A stretch of 64,000 bases of DNA from contig CAVRCF010000001.1 of the NCBI GenBank assembly GCA_963719505.1, forward strand, positions 608,001 through 672,000, written 5' to 3'. Numbering within the stretch: position 1 is the first letter of the stretch; each line of letters starts with the position of its first letter. Both the position numbers and the translations under genes were made by a program. Source of the stretch: Halobacteriovoraceae bacterium. Lineage in GTDB: Bacteria; Bdellovibrionota; Bacteriovoracia; Bacteriovoracales; Bacteriovoracaceae. The notes below the pieces were generated by a model. The model had not been told where the DNA came from and did not search any database. It was given only the letters and a program-made list of their open reading frames with translations. This document shows positions 8,907-18,571 of the stretch, one piece after another.

Positions 8907-10465
8907 TGACTACAGAAACGATATTAGCAGCTCTGTTATCTCTCGTTCTTGGTGGTGTAATCGCTTACGTTATTTCAATGGGAAAAGTTAAGAATTTAAC
9001 GGCCGAAAGTGAAAAAGAAGGTGAGCAGATTATCAAAAGGGCCAAAGATAGAGCAAGCGAGATTAAGAAGTCTGCCAAATTTGATGCTAAACAAATAATC
9101 CAAGATGAAAAAGATGAACTGGATAAAGAGTACAAGAAAAAAGTATCAGCTCTTCACGATCAAGAAAGAGGACTTACCAAGAAGGAAGTTTCACTCGATT
9201 CTAAGATTGAACAAAAAGATAAAGAGCTTGAGGCCTTAAAATCTAAAGAAGAAAAATTAGAAAATGAAACAAAGCAAACTTTGGCTGAAAGAGAAAAGTT
9301 CATCGCAAGACAAGCTGAAATTTCAGATAAGCTGACTTCTGTTGCTGGAATGAGTAAGGACGAAGCTAAGCGAGAGCTTATGAGTGCGATGGAAGAAGAG
9401 GCGAAAGTTGATGCCGCTAAAATGATCGCAAGAGTAGAAGAAGAAGCACAAGAAGAATCAGAAAAAAGAGGAAAAAGAATCCTTGGAATCGCTCTCCAGA
9501 GATTTGCAGGAGAGTTTGTTGCTGAACAAACTATATCTTCAGTTGAACTTCCAGGAGACGAAATAAAAGGTCGTCTTATTGGTAGAGAGGGTCGAAATAT
9601 TAGGGCCTTTGAGCAAATCTGTGGTGTTGATTTAATTATCGATGATACTCCGGGAATGGTTGTTATCTCTTCATTTAATGTCGTAAGAAAGCAAGTTGCT
9701 AAAATGACAATTGAAAAACTTATTGCGGATGGACGTATTCATCCAGCAAAAATTGAAGAGTTTCATGATAAAGCTAAGCACGAAATGGAATTAAATCTTC
9801 GTGAGCTTGGAGAAAAAGCACAGATGGAAATCGGTATTCACGGTCTTCATCCAGAAATTTTAAAAATGCTTGGAGCTTTAAACTACAGAACATCTTATAT
9901 GCAAAATCAATATCAACACTCTTTAGAGGTTGGTTTCCTTTGTGGTGCCATGGCAGCAGAATTGGGAATGAACGTTAAGCAAGCGAGACGAGCAGGACTT
10001 CTTCACGATGTCGGAAAAGCCATTGATGCTTCGGCTGAGGGATCTCACGCCGTTGTTGGTGCAGACTTTATTAAGAAATATGGAGAGGATCCTGATATTG
10101 TTCACGCGGTTCGTGCTCACCACGAGGACGTTAAGCCAGAAACAGTACTGGCCCATCTTGTTATGGCAGCAGATGCACTAAGTGGTGCAAGACCGGGTGT
10201 TCGTAAGTTCTTGAAAGAGTCATACGTAAGTCGAGTTACTGATATTGAAAATATTGCCAATGGCTTTGAAGGTGTTAGTAGAAGTTATGCCATCTCTGCA
10301 GGTCGAGAGATTAGAGTGCTTGTTGAAAATGAAAAGGTAACAGATGAGCAAACTGTCATGCTTTCAAGAGATATTGCTAAAAAAATTGAAGAAGAAATGT
10401 CTTACCCAGGAACAATTAAAGTTTCTGTTATTAGAGAGACAAGAGCTGTAGGTATTGCAAAATAA
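8906..10465 (+). CDS. rny: Ribonuclease Y
   Basis: N-terminal TM, coiled coil, KH domain (KGRLIGREGRNIRA), HD domain (LLHDVGK), C-terminal YPGTIKVSVIRETRA. Confidence 0.96.
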   Translation: MTTETILAALLSLVLGGVIAYVISMGKVKNLTAESEKEGEQIIKRAKDRASEIKKSAKFDAKQIIQDEKDELDKEYKKKVSALHDQERGLTKKEVSLDSKIEQKDKELEALKSKEEKLENETKQTLAEREKFIARQAEISDKLTSVAGMSKDEAKRELMSAMEEEAKVDAAKMIARVEEEAQEESEKRGKRILGIALQRFAGEFVAEQTISSVELPGDEIKGRLIGREGRNIRAFEQICGVDLIIDDTPGMVVISSFNVVRKQVAKMTIEKLIADGRIHPAKIEEFHDKAKHEMELNLRELGEKAQMEIGIHGLHPEILKMLGALNYRTSYMQNQYQHSLEVGFLCGAMAAELGMNVKQARRAGLLHDVGKAIDASAEGSHAVVGADFIKKYGEDPDIVHAVRAHHEDVKPETVLAHLVMAADALSGARPGVRKFLKESYVSRVTDIENIANGFEGVSRSYAISAGREIRVLVENEKVTDEQTVMLSRDIAKKIEEEMSYPGTIKVSVIRETRAVGIAK

Positions 10466-11149
10466 ATGAGTACAGATAGAATTGCTATAGTAACCGGAAC
10501 CTCTTCTGGGCTTGGAATGGCCATGGCCACTTCTTTGCTTGAAAGAGGTTTTGTCGTTTTCGGAGGCTCAAGAACTGAATCAGATATTGAGCATGAAAAC
10601 TTCATTGATCTTGAGCTCGATGTGAGAGACGAAAAATCAGTCATAAAGTTTTACGATGAAATTAATAAAGAAACTGAAGTGGTTGATATCCTCATCAACA
10701 ATGCAGGTATTTGTGAAATGAATAGTTTCTCAGAAACAAGTGGAAGCGAGTTTGTGGATCACTTACAAACTAACCTTCTAGGTTCATTCTATCTTTATAA
10801 GTACTTTGAACCGTTCATTATTGAAGACGAAACAACTTGTGTAAATATTCAATCTATTAGTTCAAAACATTCCTACCCAAACACTGTCAGCTACACGGCG
10901 ACTGAATACGGAAAACGTGGTCTTATTGAAACGATATTAAAAGAATGGGGACGCTATAAGATTAGAAGAGCTAACTTTTATGTCGGGGCTGTTGATACAC
11001 CTCTTTGGTTTAAGTATGAAGATATCGAAGTCGATAAAATGTTAACAACTGAAGATTTTATCTATATGTTTAACACTATCATCGATGCACCCGAACACAT
11101 CCAATTCCCTGATATTACATTTCTCCATAAATATGGCTTTATTGACTAA
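10466..11149 (+). CDS. SDR family oxidoreductase
   Basis: TGTSSGLG and NNAG motifs; the catalytic YxxxK appears as YTATE. Confidence 0.85.
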   Translation: MSTDRIAIVTGTSSGLGMAMATSLLERGFVVFGGSRTESDIEHENFIDLELDVRDEKSVIKFYDEINKETEVVDILINNAGICEMNSFSETSGSEFVDHLQTNLLGSFYLYKYFEPFIIEDETTCVNIQSISSKHSYPNTVSYTATEYGKRGLIETILKEWGRYKIRRANFYVGAVDTPLWFKYEDIEVDKMLTTEDFIYMFNTIIDAPEHIQFPDITFLHKYGFID

Positions 11150-11174
11150 ATTGCCATTAATTAGTGGCAATTTT
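11148..11174 (+). terminator. Probable intrinsic terminator
   Basis: AAATTGCCA...TGGCAATTT inverted repeat right at the SDR stop. Confidence 0.55.
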
Positions 11175-11262
11175 ACCTGGCTAAAGATCACAAAAAAGCT
11201 AATAAAAACAGCCTCTTAGTTGATTAACAAAGCTAATCCGACTAAGTTTATCGAATTTCATT

Positions 11263-11289
11263 TAACATAAGGTCTAAACCTTCCGATAA
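11263..11289 (+). promoter_or_regulatory. sigma28 (FliA)-type promoter
   Basis: TAAC-N15-TCCGATAA versus consensus TAAA-N15-GCCGATAA; 17 nt upstream of the ATG. Confidence 0.55.
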
Positions 11290-11306
11290 GGAAGCGTGAG
11301 GATCTT

Positions 11307-14300
11307 ATGAAAGTTATTTTTTATTTATTATTTATTTTTTCATTTTCTGCTATGGCATCAAAAAATCTTGGTCCAGGGTTAGAAACAATTTGTACTGAAA
11401 TTTTAAAAGAAAACTCAGCGAGATCTTTAGTAAAAGATAAAGATCTTTTTGCTGGAGCCATAGATAGAACTTTGAATGTTGCAATTGCTGGTGTGGCAGG
11501 TGCAGTCGCAGGAGAATTAAAATCTAATGAGGCTCAAAAAGGTGAGAAAAAAATAGAAATAAGCGACAGCGATCGGACCAATTTTTTTGAGATAATGAAA
11601 ATTGTGGACTCTAAGACTGATAAGAATAGTAGCTCTAGTGATATTAGAAAAGCCTGTGAAAGTGCTTCTTCAAAAATATTAACTCATAAAAGTGCACAAA
11701 GATTAAACAAATTACTCAAATACGAGGGTTTGGATGAAAACAATTTAGAAAATGATCTGAAACTTTATGGAAAAAAAGACAGACAAAGTGTATCTGCTGG
11801 CGAAACATCAATATCTAAAAGTTCAACGACATGTAAAACAAGCCTTGATCTAAATGGAACTTTTGGTGAGAGTTGTTCTAGGTTGCCAAGCAAGGTTACG
11901 GATCATTCTGGGGACTCAAATGATCAAACTTTTTCACTACTCGATAGATTTTCTTTCGTATATTCAAAAGATATAACATCTTTGTCTGGTAGACCTGAAA
12001 ACTGTGTAAAATGTCTTGAAAAATTTTCTATTTCAAATAAAGGTGCAGAGGGAATTTCTAACGGGTACCAAGTGGCGCAGAACAAAGTAGCAGAAATTTA
12101 CCACGAAAAGATTGTAGAAGGGAAACTTCAACTTGCATTCGCAGCTGCTCAAAACATAGCTGACCTAAGAGCTTCAAGAGAGAAGTTTGCTGACGGCGGC
12201 AATTACTCCCAAAACTGTCTCGAACAAAAAAACTTCGAGTCTTCTTTACGCAAGAAGTGTGGAGATGATGAAAAAAAGCTATTAGAAGCTAAATTGAGAA
12301 TATCTAAAGCCTTAAATTCTATGGGTGACAACTGGTCTATTGAAAATCTACAAGATTCATTTGAAAATGGAACGAGAAAAATTAAATCTGAAAGCTGTAA
12401 AGGGAGTTTCAGTTCGAGAGATGCCTATCAATACTTCTTGATGAATGAGATGTATGCACCCAGCATCAGTGAAGAAGAAGTTACTTTACCTGGCTTAACC
12501 TTAAAACTTGTTGATGAGACAATTAGTAAAACCAATACGATCAGTCAATTCTGTGCTGGATCTGGAAAGAAAACTGGGTCAGTTGATACTCTATTTGAAA
12601 TCATTTTTGCTCAACATATGAATGGTAGTTTAAAGGGTGCACTGACAAAGGTCAACGATAAGTTAAATGAAGAAACAGGTAGACAGCGTGGGGTGTCTAA
12701 TATGGTTCTAGCTTCAGCGGCTTTGGATGAGATGCGAAAAGCCGATCCTTTACTCAGAATGGTATTGCTTAGTGGTGAGTCGTTTTGCGCTTTTCTAGAT
12801 AAAAAACCCGAGGGAGCTTCAGTAGCCTCACTTGTTGTTAATAGTGACCATTTTAGCCCAGAAGAGCTTTTTAATAATCACAAAGAAATTCTGAATGAAT
12901 ATGAAGGTCGATGTACTTCGTATATTGACGAGCTTGTTGAGTCAGCTTGCTCTTCAAATGAAGGCATGGATACTTTGGTAAATAATGTTATGCCAGACCA
13001 AATCAAAGGTTTAATGGATGAGAGAATTGAACAAATACATTCATCTCAAAGGGATCTTTCTGAACTTGAAAAGTCTGAAATTTTAGGAATTGGCAAAATG
13101 AGCTGCGAGGTTAACTCTCTTTCAGGGGGAGATGATGATGGTGTTATTTTTAAACCCTTAAGTGCAAAAGACTCTTTTGAGTATGGACAAATTTCAAAAT
13201 CAGAAATGTCTGATTTATTTCGAAAGAAGCTATCAGAAGAAATGGATAATAGTCGTTACGTAGAATCGGTAAACTTTTTAGATTACAAAGGAGATTTGTT
13301 TTGTGAAGGCAGTGCTGAAGTTCTTGCAGCAAAACAGCATGTTAACTATGACGTTTATGGAGAAGAGCCGGATGAGGACGTCGTTAATGAAAATATTATG
13401 AGAGGCTATATTGAGAATGAGGGATCAGATGGTATTGCCTATCTACCTGACTCAATAGCTAAAAAGCTATCGCAAGGTAAATCCCCTTCTTCTATTCTGA
13501 AAGAAATGGAAGAAAAGAGAAAGGCTAAAACATTAGGGGCAATTCCATCATCGGGATTTGCAAGCACAAAGACCACTGATTCATTACCAGTAAACGAATT
13601 TGCAGAAGAAAAAAATGACCTGACTCAGTCACAGGTTGTATCTTCTTATGTCAATCCAAAAGAGTTTATAGACGAAGTAAAAAAAATGGACTCAGAAGAA
13701 AAACTTATAGATGATCTCGTATCAGGTAATTCTGAAGCGGATCAATTGGAAAAAGCCTTAGCTAAAGATAGATTAAAAGAACAAGATAAGCTCGATGAAT
13801 TGAATAGACAGCTTGCTGAGATAGAAAAAAAGATAGCGGATGCAAAAAAAGCGGAACAGTCAAGAAAGGCCAGTGAGCTTGAAGATCAAAAGAAAAAAAT
13901 TAAAGAAGAAATTGCAAGCACGCAAAAGAACTTGAACTTTTTAGACAAAGAAAACCAAAAACTTGCAGATAAGAGATATGAAGAAAAAATTAAGGACTAC
14001 GATAGAAAGCCTTCTGGTATCGCGGAAAATAAAGTCGATTCAAATACTGGAAGCTTTCGTCGAGGTAGAACCTCTAACCAGGCAGGCGCTCAATTGAGTG
14101 ATGTTGTCAAAAGTGTAAACGACCAAGTTAACGAGCAGACAAACTTCATAAAGCTTGAAGTCGCACCGTCAGAAATCTTATCCATCATAAAAAACGTCGA
14201 TGCTAGCGGAATTGATACATTATTTCTTGGAGAGAATAAAGATGAGCTTCGTTTTATAAAGATTCCAGGTCAGACTAACTATATTGATGTCAGGCTTCTT

Positions 14301-14528
14301 GATGAGGATACGCGGAAAGAACTTTTCAAAAAACTGGAAATTTCTAGTTCTAGCATTGTAGAAAGTGGAAAAGAAGCGAGAGAGAAAATTGATAAAATAG
14401 TTGAAGATTCTAAAAAAGATGGCGGAAGAAAAGTTTTATTTGAAAACTTAACTTCTTTTATAAAATCATCTGTGGCTTCTGGAGATAAGCAAGCGGCTGC
14501 GATAGCTGCTAGTGAAATACTTAAGTGA
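11307..14528 (+). CDS. Large secreted Cys-rich hypothetical protein with C-terminal coiled coil
   Basis: 1073 aa; signal peptide ending AMA; many dispersed Cys in the N-terminal two thirds; charged coiled coil around aa 810-900. Confidence 0.85.
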   Translation: MKVIFYLLFIFSFSAMASKNLGPGLETICTEILKENSARSLVKDKDLFAGAIDRTLNVAIAGVAGAVAGELKSNEAQKGEKKIEISDSDRTNFFEIMKIVDSKTDKNSSSSDIRKACESASSKILTHKSAQRLNKLLKYEGLDENNLENDLKLYGKKDRQSVSAGETSISKSSTTCKTSLDLNGTFGESCSRLPSKVTDHSGDSNDQTFSLLDRFSFVYSKDITSLSGRPENCVKCLEKFSISNKGAEGISNGYQVAQNKVAEIYHEKIVEGKLQLAFAAAQNIADLRASREKFADGGNYSQNCLEQKNFESSLRKKCGDDEKKLLEAKLRISKALNSMGDNWSIENLQDSFENGTRKIKSESCKGSFSSRDAYQYFLMNEMYAPSISEEEVTLPGLTLKLVDETISKTNTISQFCAGSGKKTGSVDTLFEIIFAQHMNGSLKGALTKVNDKLNEETGRQRGVSNMVLASAALDEMRKADPLLRMVLLSGESFCAFLDKKPEGASVASLVVNSDHFSPEELFNNHKEILNEYEGRCTSYIDELVESACSSNEGMDTLVNNVMPDQIKGLMDERIEQIHSSQRDLSELEKSEILGIGKMSCEVNSLSGGDDDGVIFKPLSAKDSFEYGQISKSEMSDLFRKKLSEEMDNSRYVESVNFLDYKGDLFCEGSAEVLAAKQHVNYDVYGEEPDEDVVNENIMRGYIENEGSDGIAYLPDSIAKKLSQGKSPSSILKEMEEKRKAKTLGAIPSSGFASTKTTDSLPVNEFAEEKNDLTQSQVVSSYVNPKEFIDEVKKMDSEEKLIDDLVSGNSEADQLEKALAKDRLKEQDKLDELNRQLAEIEKKIADAKKAEQSRKASELEDQKKKIKEEIASTQKNLNFLDKENQKLADKRYEEKIKDYDRKPSGIAENKVDSNTGSFRRGRTSNQAGAQLSDVVKSVNDQVNEQTNFIKLEVAPSEILSIIKNVDASGIDTLFLGENKDELRFIKIPGQTNYIDVRLLDEDTRKELFKKLEISSSSIVESGKEAREKIDKIVEDSKKDGGRKVLFENLTSFIKSSVASGDKQAAAIAASEILK

Positions 14529-14920
14529 TAACTATAAATGTCGCAATTGTCATACCTTTTAGATTTAAAGAATCTATGGAGGTTTGGATGCAAAAGCGAA
14601 ATTCAAAAGATGAATTAAATGGCCTATTAGAATTTCCAGGTGGAAAGATTGAAGCTGGTGAGGACCCAAAAGCTGCTGCGATAAGGGAGACTTTAGAGGA
14701 GACAGGTGTAACTTTAGCTGCCTCAAAGCTTAAATTGGTTAAAGTCTATGACGATATAAAAGCCACCAAGACAGTCAAATTAAATATATTCGCCTACGAA
14801 GATAATGATGAGTTTTTAAACTCTTGGTTCAGTGAGCCTGAAGAATATTGGTCTTTAATCCCTCCAGCGAATCAAACCTTTCTTAAAGAAGTCTTAAGTC
14901 TCTTGAAAACAATGACTTAG
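14525..14920 (+). CDS. MutT-like NUDIX hydrolase
   Basis: EFPGGKIEAGE...AAIRETLEETG; PPAN; GTGA overlap with the upstream stop. Confidence 0.85.
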   Translation: MITINVAIVIPFRFKESMEVWMQKRNSKDELNGLLEFPGGKIEAGEDPKAAAIRETLEETGVTLAASKLKLVKVYDDIKATKTVKLNIFAYEDNDEFLNSWFSEPEEYWSLIPPANQTFLKEVLSLLKTMT

Positions 14921-14945
14921 GTGATGCCGCAGAGTAACAACTGAA

Positions 14946-14974
14946 TAGACTGAAATGCTCTTTTGAGCTATACT
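14946..14974 (+). promoter_or_regulatory. sigma70-type promoter of the CNNM/CorC gene (long leader)
   Basis: TAGACT-N17-TATACT. Confidence 0.6.
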
Positions 14975-15028
14975 TAATTCTAGAAATATGATTTATTTCA
15001 CTTTTATAAACCTACAAGGAGCTGGACC

Positions 15029-15103
15029 ATAGAGCCCCCATCGAATAATTCAAACTTACAAAAATCACTCTTTAAATATATAGTAAATCTTGGGAGTCTT
15101 TAA
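15029..15103 (+). CDS. Putative 24-codon leader peptide with ATA start (IEPPSNNSNLQKSLFKYIVNLGSL)
   Basis: AAGGAG at 15016-15021, 7 nt before ATA; TAA directly abuts the downstream GTG start. Confidence 0.4.
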   Translation: MEPPSNNSNLQKSLFKYIVNLGSL

Positions 15104-16450
15104 GTGACTTCTCAAACTCAGGATATAATAATTTTTATTACCGGAGTAATCCTTTCTGCTGTTTTTTCAGGATCGGAAGCCGCTCTCATTAGTATCCCTG
15201 CGAAAAGGGTAAAGCAGTTGATCGAAGAGGGAGGAAGCAGAGCAAACGCTTTTAGATTCCTCGCTGAAAAACCTTCTGAAATTCTCACCACTATTCTTAT
15301 TGGAAACAACTTTGTTAATATCTTTGTTGCTTCATTAGCAACGACAATAGCTCAAAACTACTTTGACGATGACGCTATATCTTACTCAGTTGGTGGTACG
15401 ACTATCTTAATTCTTATATTTGGTGAAATTATTCCAAAAACTTTTGCCCGTAATCATTCTGAAAGACTTGCACTGCCTATCATTAGACTTCTCCAGTTTT
15501 TGTACTACGCAATGTTCCCTGTGGTAAAAATCTTTATGTTTGTTATTGAAGCTGTCCTTGGAAAAAATGCTCAGCTTGCTGAAAGACTTGTCACAAAAGA
15601 TGACATCGAGTTTTTAGTTAATGAGGCTGAAAAAGAGAAGACCATCGATTCAAAGCAAATTGACTTATTGACATCAATCCTTGAATTCCCAATGATAAAA
15701 GTTAAAGACATAATGGTTCCAAGAACCAAGGTTCACGCTATAAAGAAAGAAGCTAGCTTTCGAGAGGTTATTGATCTTGTCAAAGAAGTGGCCCATAGTC
15801 GTTACCCTGTTATGGAAGAAGACTTAGATTCAGTTTTGGGCTTTCTCCACGTTAAAGACATCTCATTTGTTGAGCCCGAAGATAGGGATAAATTCAATGT
15901 TGAAGATCATTTAAAAGATACATTTTTTGTTTATGAGCATATGAAAATTCAAGCAGTCTTTGATCATATGAATAGAAAAAAGGTTCATTTGGCGCTTGTA
16001 AAAGATGAGAATGGACTTGTCGTTGGTATTGTTACTCTTGAAGATATTATGGAAGAAATTTTTGGTGAAATTCAAGATGAGCATGATGATGAGGATGACG
16101 GAATTCCAAAACTCTCTGAACATCAGTTAGAAAATGGACTTGTCGTTCCAGCTGAAATTAGTTTAAGAGATTTAAAAAATGAGTACGATATCGAAATACC
16201 TCTAAACGATAATTACTCCACCCTTCGAGGCTTTTTATTAGATATGCTTGGAAACAATTTCCCGCAGACTGGTAATATTCTCTTTTGGGAAGGTCTATCT
16301 TTTAATCTGCTTAAAGTCGTTGATAAAGAAATCGAAGAAGTTAAAATCGAAAGTACTGATGGTGAAAGATATATTACAAGTAGAAGTGAGGAAGAGGCTA
16401 AAGAAACTTCACTAGAAGACTTTGAAGTCGCAAAGGAAACTATTAATTAA
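15104..16450 (+). CDS. HlyC/CorC (CNNM, DUF21-CBS-CorC) family Mg2+/Co2+ transporter
   Basis: FSGSEAALIS, ILIGNN, IFGEIIPK, CBS pair (HSRYPV, GIVTLEDIMEEIFGEIQDEHD), CorC C-terminal domain. Confidence 0.93.
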   Translation: MTSQTQDIIIFITGVILSAVFSGSEAALISIPAKRVKQLIEEGGSRANAFRFLAEKPSEILTTILIGNNFVNIFVASLATTIAQNYFDDDAISYSVGGTTILILIFGEIIPKTFARNHSERLALPIIRLLQFLYYAMFPVVKIFMFVIEAVLGKNAQLAERLVTKDDIEFLVNEAEKEKTIDSKQIDLLTSILEFPMIKVKDIMVPRTKVHAIKKEASFREVIDLVKEVAHSRYPVMEEDLDSVLGFLHVKDISFVEPEDRDKFNVEDHLKDTFFVYEHMKIQAVFDHMNRKKVHLALVKDENGLVVGIVTLEDIMEEIFGEIQDEHDDEDDGIPKLSEHQLENGLVVPAEISLRDLKNEYDIEIPLNDNYSTLRGFLLDMLGNNFPQTGNILFWEGLSFNLLKVVDKEIEEVKIESTDGERYITSRSEEEAKETSLEDFEVAKETIN

Positions 16451-16768
16451 CTATTTAAGCTTGGTGAATTCAAAGTCACCAAGGACTCTTGCTCGACAAG
16501 ACAGTCTAATGACCTTATCTTTTGCAGTTCCAGCTCCATTCATCCTTTCATAGTTCTGTTTAATGGCTTCAATAGTATTTTTCTCAATTTCTGAGGGAGC
16601 TTTTAAGTTCTCTGCACCGCTCACAATTTCAACCTTACATGCACCGCAAGAACCTGCGAGACAGCCATGAGGTAATTGTTCACCTGCATCGTCCAAAGCA
16701 TCGAAAAGAATAGAGTTTTCATCGACTTGGTAGCTTAGAGATTTATCTTTAAATGACACTGTGGGCAT
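16451..16768 (-). CDS. 2Fe-2S ferredoxin
   Basis: GCLAGSCGAC ... RLSC. Confidence 0.9.
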   Translation of the reverse strand: MPTVSFKDKSLSYQVDENSILFDALDDAGEQLPHGCLAGSCGACKVEIVSGAENLKAPSEIEKNTIEAIKQNYERMNGAGTAKDKVIRLSCRARVLGDFEFTKLK

Positions 16769-16831
16769 ATAATTTTCACCTATTTATATTTATAACTTCA
16801 CTATCGAAATTGTACCTTATAAGGAGTCTAA

Positions 16832-17953
16832 ATGCTAAGTTTTGAAAAACTTTATTCAATGGGGCACGAAGAAGTTGTCTTCTTTAGTGAGCCATCTTGT
16901 GGTCTAAAAGCTATCGTGGCAATTCATGATACTACATTAGGCCCAGCTCTTGGAGGAACAAGGATGTGGAACTACGCTTCAGAAGAAGAAGCTGTAGAAG
17001 ATGTTCTCAGGTTATCACGAGGTATGACGTATAAAGCTGCAATCTCAGGATTAAATCTTGGTGGTGGTAAAGCTGTCATTATCGGTGACCCAAAGAAAGA
17101 TAAATCAGAAGCACTTTTTAGAGCTTACGGAAGATTTGTAGAGTCTCTTAACGGAAGATATATTTCAGCCGAAGATGTCAACATTACAGTCAATGATATA
17201 GACCATGTATATACTGAAACAAATTATGTTTGTGGTATTGATAAAGCTCATGGTGGTTCTGGAAACCCAGCGCCCTATACCGCTTTAGGTGTTTTTAGAG
17301 GAATGCAGGCAAGTGCTATGAAAACTTGGGGCGATAAGTCTCTCGCTGGAAAGACTGTCTCTATTCAGGGTGTCGGTTCAGTGGGCCTTGAACTTGGGAA
17401 ACTGATTAATGAAGATGGTGGAAAAATACTTTTCACTGATATTTCTGAAGATAATATTAGTAGGTTTAAAGAAGAAATTCCAAGCGCTGAGTTTATTGAA
17501 CCAAACTCAATCTACGATGCGAATGTCGATATCTATGCTCCTTGTGCTTTAGGTGCAACTATTAATGACGACACTGTTAATAGATTAAAGTGTAAAGTTG
17601 TAAGTGGAGCAGCTAATAATCAGTTAAAAGAAGACAGACATGGAGATATCCTTAAAGAGAAAGGAATCCTCTATGCGCCTGACTACCTTATTAATGCCGG
17701 TGGACTAATGAACGTTTCAATTGAGTTTGAGGGTTGGAATGATGATAAGTCGAGAAGAATGATCGATAAGATTTACGATACAACGTTAGCGATCTTTGAT
17801 CTAAGCGAGAAAGAAAATATTTCTGTTAATAAAGCCACTGACTTGCTGGCTGAAAGAAGACTCGCTTCAATGAGAAAAATTCAAACTAACTTTTTAGGAC
17901 GAGGATCAGATCATCGCTTCCCAGGATCAAAAGTAAGACATCAAAAAATATAA
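16832..17953 (+). CDS. ldh: Leucine dehydrogenase (Glu/Leu/Phe/Val dehydrogenase family)
   Basis: IHDTTLGPALGGTRM, RLSRGMTYK, GGGKAVI, AEDV, GAANNQL, YAPDY.INAGG. Confidence 0.92.
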   Translation: MLSFEKLYSMGHEEVVFFSEPSCGLKAIVAIHDTTLGPALGGTRMWNYASEEEAVEDVLRLSRGMTYKAAISGLNLGGGKAVIIGDPKKDKSEALFRAYGRFVESLNGRYISAEDVNITVNDIDHVYTETNYVCGIDKAHGGSGNPAPYTALGVFRGMQASAMKTWGDKSLAGKTVSIQGVGSVGLELGKLINEDGGKILFTDISEDNISRFKEEIPSAEFIEPNSIYDANVDIYAPCALGATINDDTVNRLKCKVVSGAANNQLKEDRHGDILKEKGILYAPDYLINAGGLMNVSIEFEGWNDDKSRRMIDKIYDTTLAIFDLSEKENISVNKATDLLAERRLASMRKIQTNFLGRGSDHRFPGSKVRHQKI

Positions 17954-17957
17954 TCTT

Positions 17958-17981
17958 AAGCCCTCGGAAGAGGGCTTTTTT
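17958..17981 (+). terminator. Intrinsic terminator
   Basis: AAGCCCTC-GGAA-GAGGGCTT followed by T run. Confidence 0.85.
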
Positions 17982-17995
17982 ATTAAAAGAAAACT

Positions 17996-18445
17996 ATGAG
18001 CCAAACGAATTATACAACCCTGTTAAATCAAGTTAAATCAGTCACAGAAAATGAAACGAATAGGATTGCGAACTTATCTAATTCTATCGCGTTGATTCAT
18101 GAGGATTTAAAAACTCTTTGGACAGGTTTCTACTTTATTGAGGACAACGAACTTGTTCTGGGTCCATTCCAAGGTCCGGTAGCTTGCACAAGAATAAAGT
18201 ATGGAAAGGGTGTTTGTGGAACAGCTTGGAGCGAAAATAAAGTTCTTAGAATTGCTGATGTTCATGCATTTGATGGGCATATAGCTTGTTCAGCTCTATC
18301 AAACTCTGAAATTGTCATTCCACTACGAAAAGATGGTGCTGTTATTGGAGTTTTAGATATCGATAGCGAAGAGTTTGACTTCTTCTCGCAAGAAGATGAA
18401 AAAGGTCTTTCCCAAATTGTCTCTTACATTGAAAAACTTTTATAG
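17996..18445 (+). CDS. msrC: GAF-domain free methionine-R-sulfoxide reductase
   Basis: WTGFY, LGPFQGPVAC, GKGVCG, HIACS, SEIVIP, GVLDIDS. Confidence 0.88.
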   Translation: MSQTNYTTLLNQVKSVTENETNRIANLSNSIALIHEDLKTLWTGFYFIEDNELVLGPFQGPVACTRIKYGKGVCGTAWSENKVLRIADVHAFDGHIACSALSNSEIVIPLRKDGAVIGVLDIDSEEFDFFSQEDEKGLSQIVSYIEKLL

Positions 18446-18571
18446 TATCATTTTGACCCCGGATGAGCCCATTATCAGCTGTTTTGCGGTAAGTATGTAT
18501 TAGTTGATTAAAATTCTTGATAATGTAAATATGGTGCCCAGGAAAACGAAACCAAGGAAAAAGGGGCATCG

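Noticed and set aside
8906-10465. RNase Y in a diderm bacterium as a novelty
   Set aside because: RNase Y is well known in delta/epsilon-type lineages
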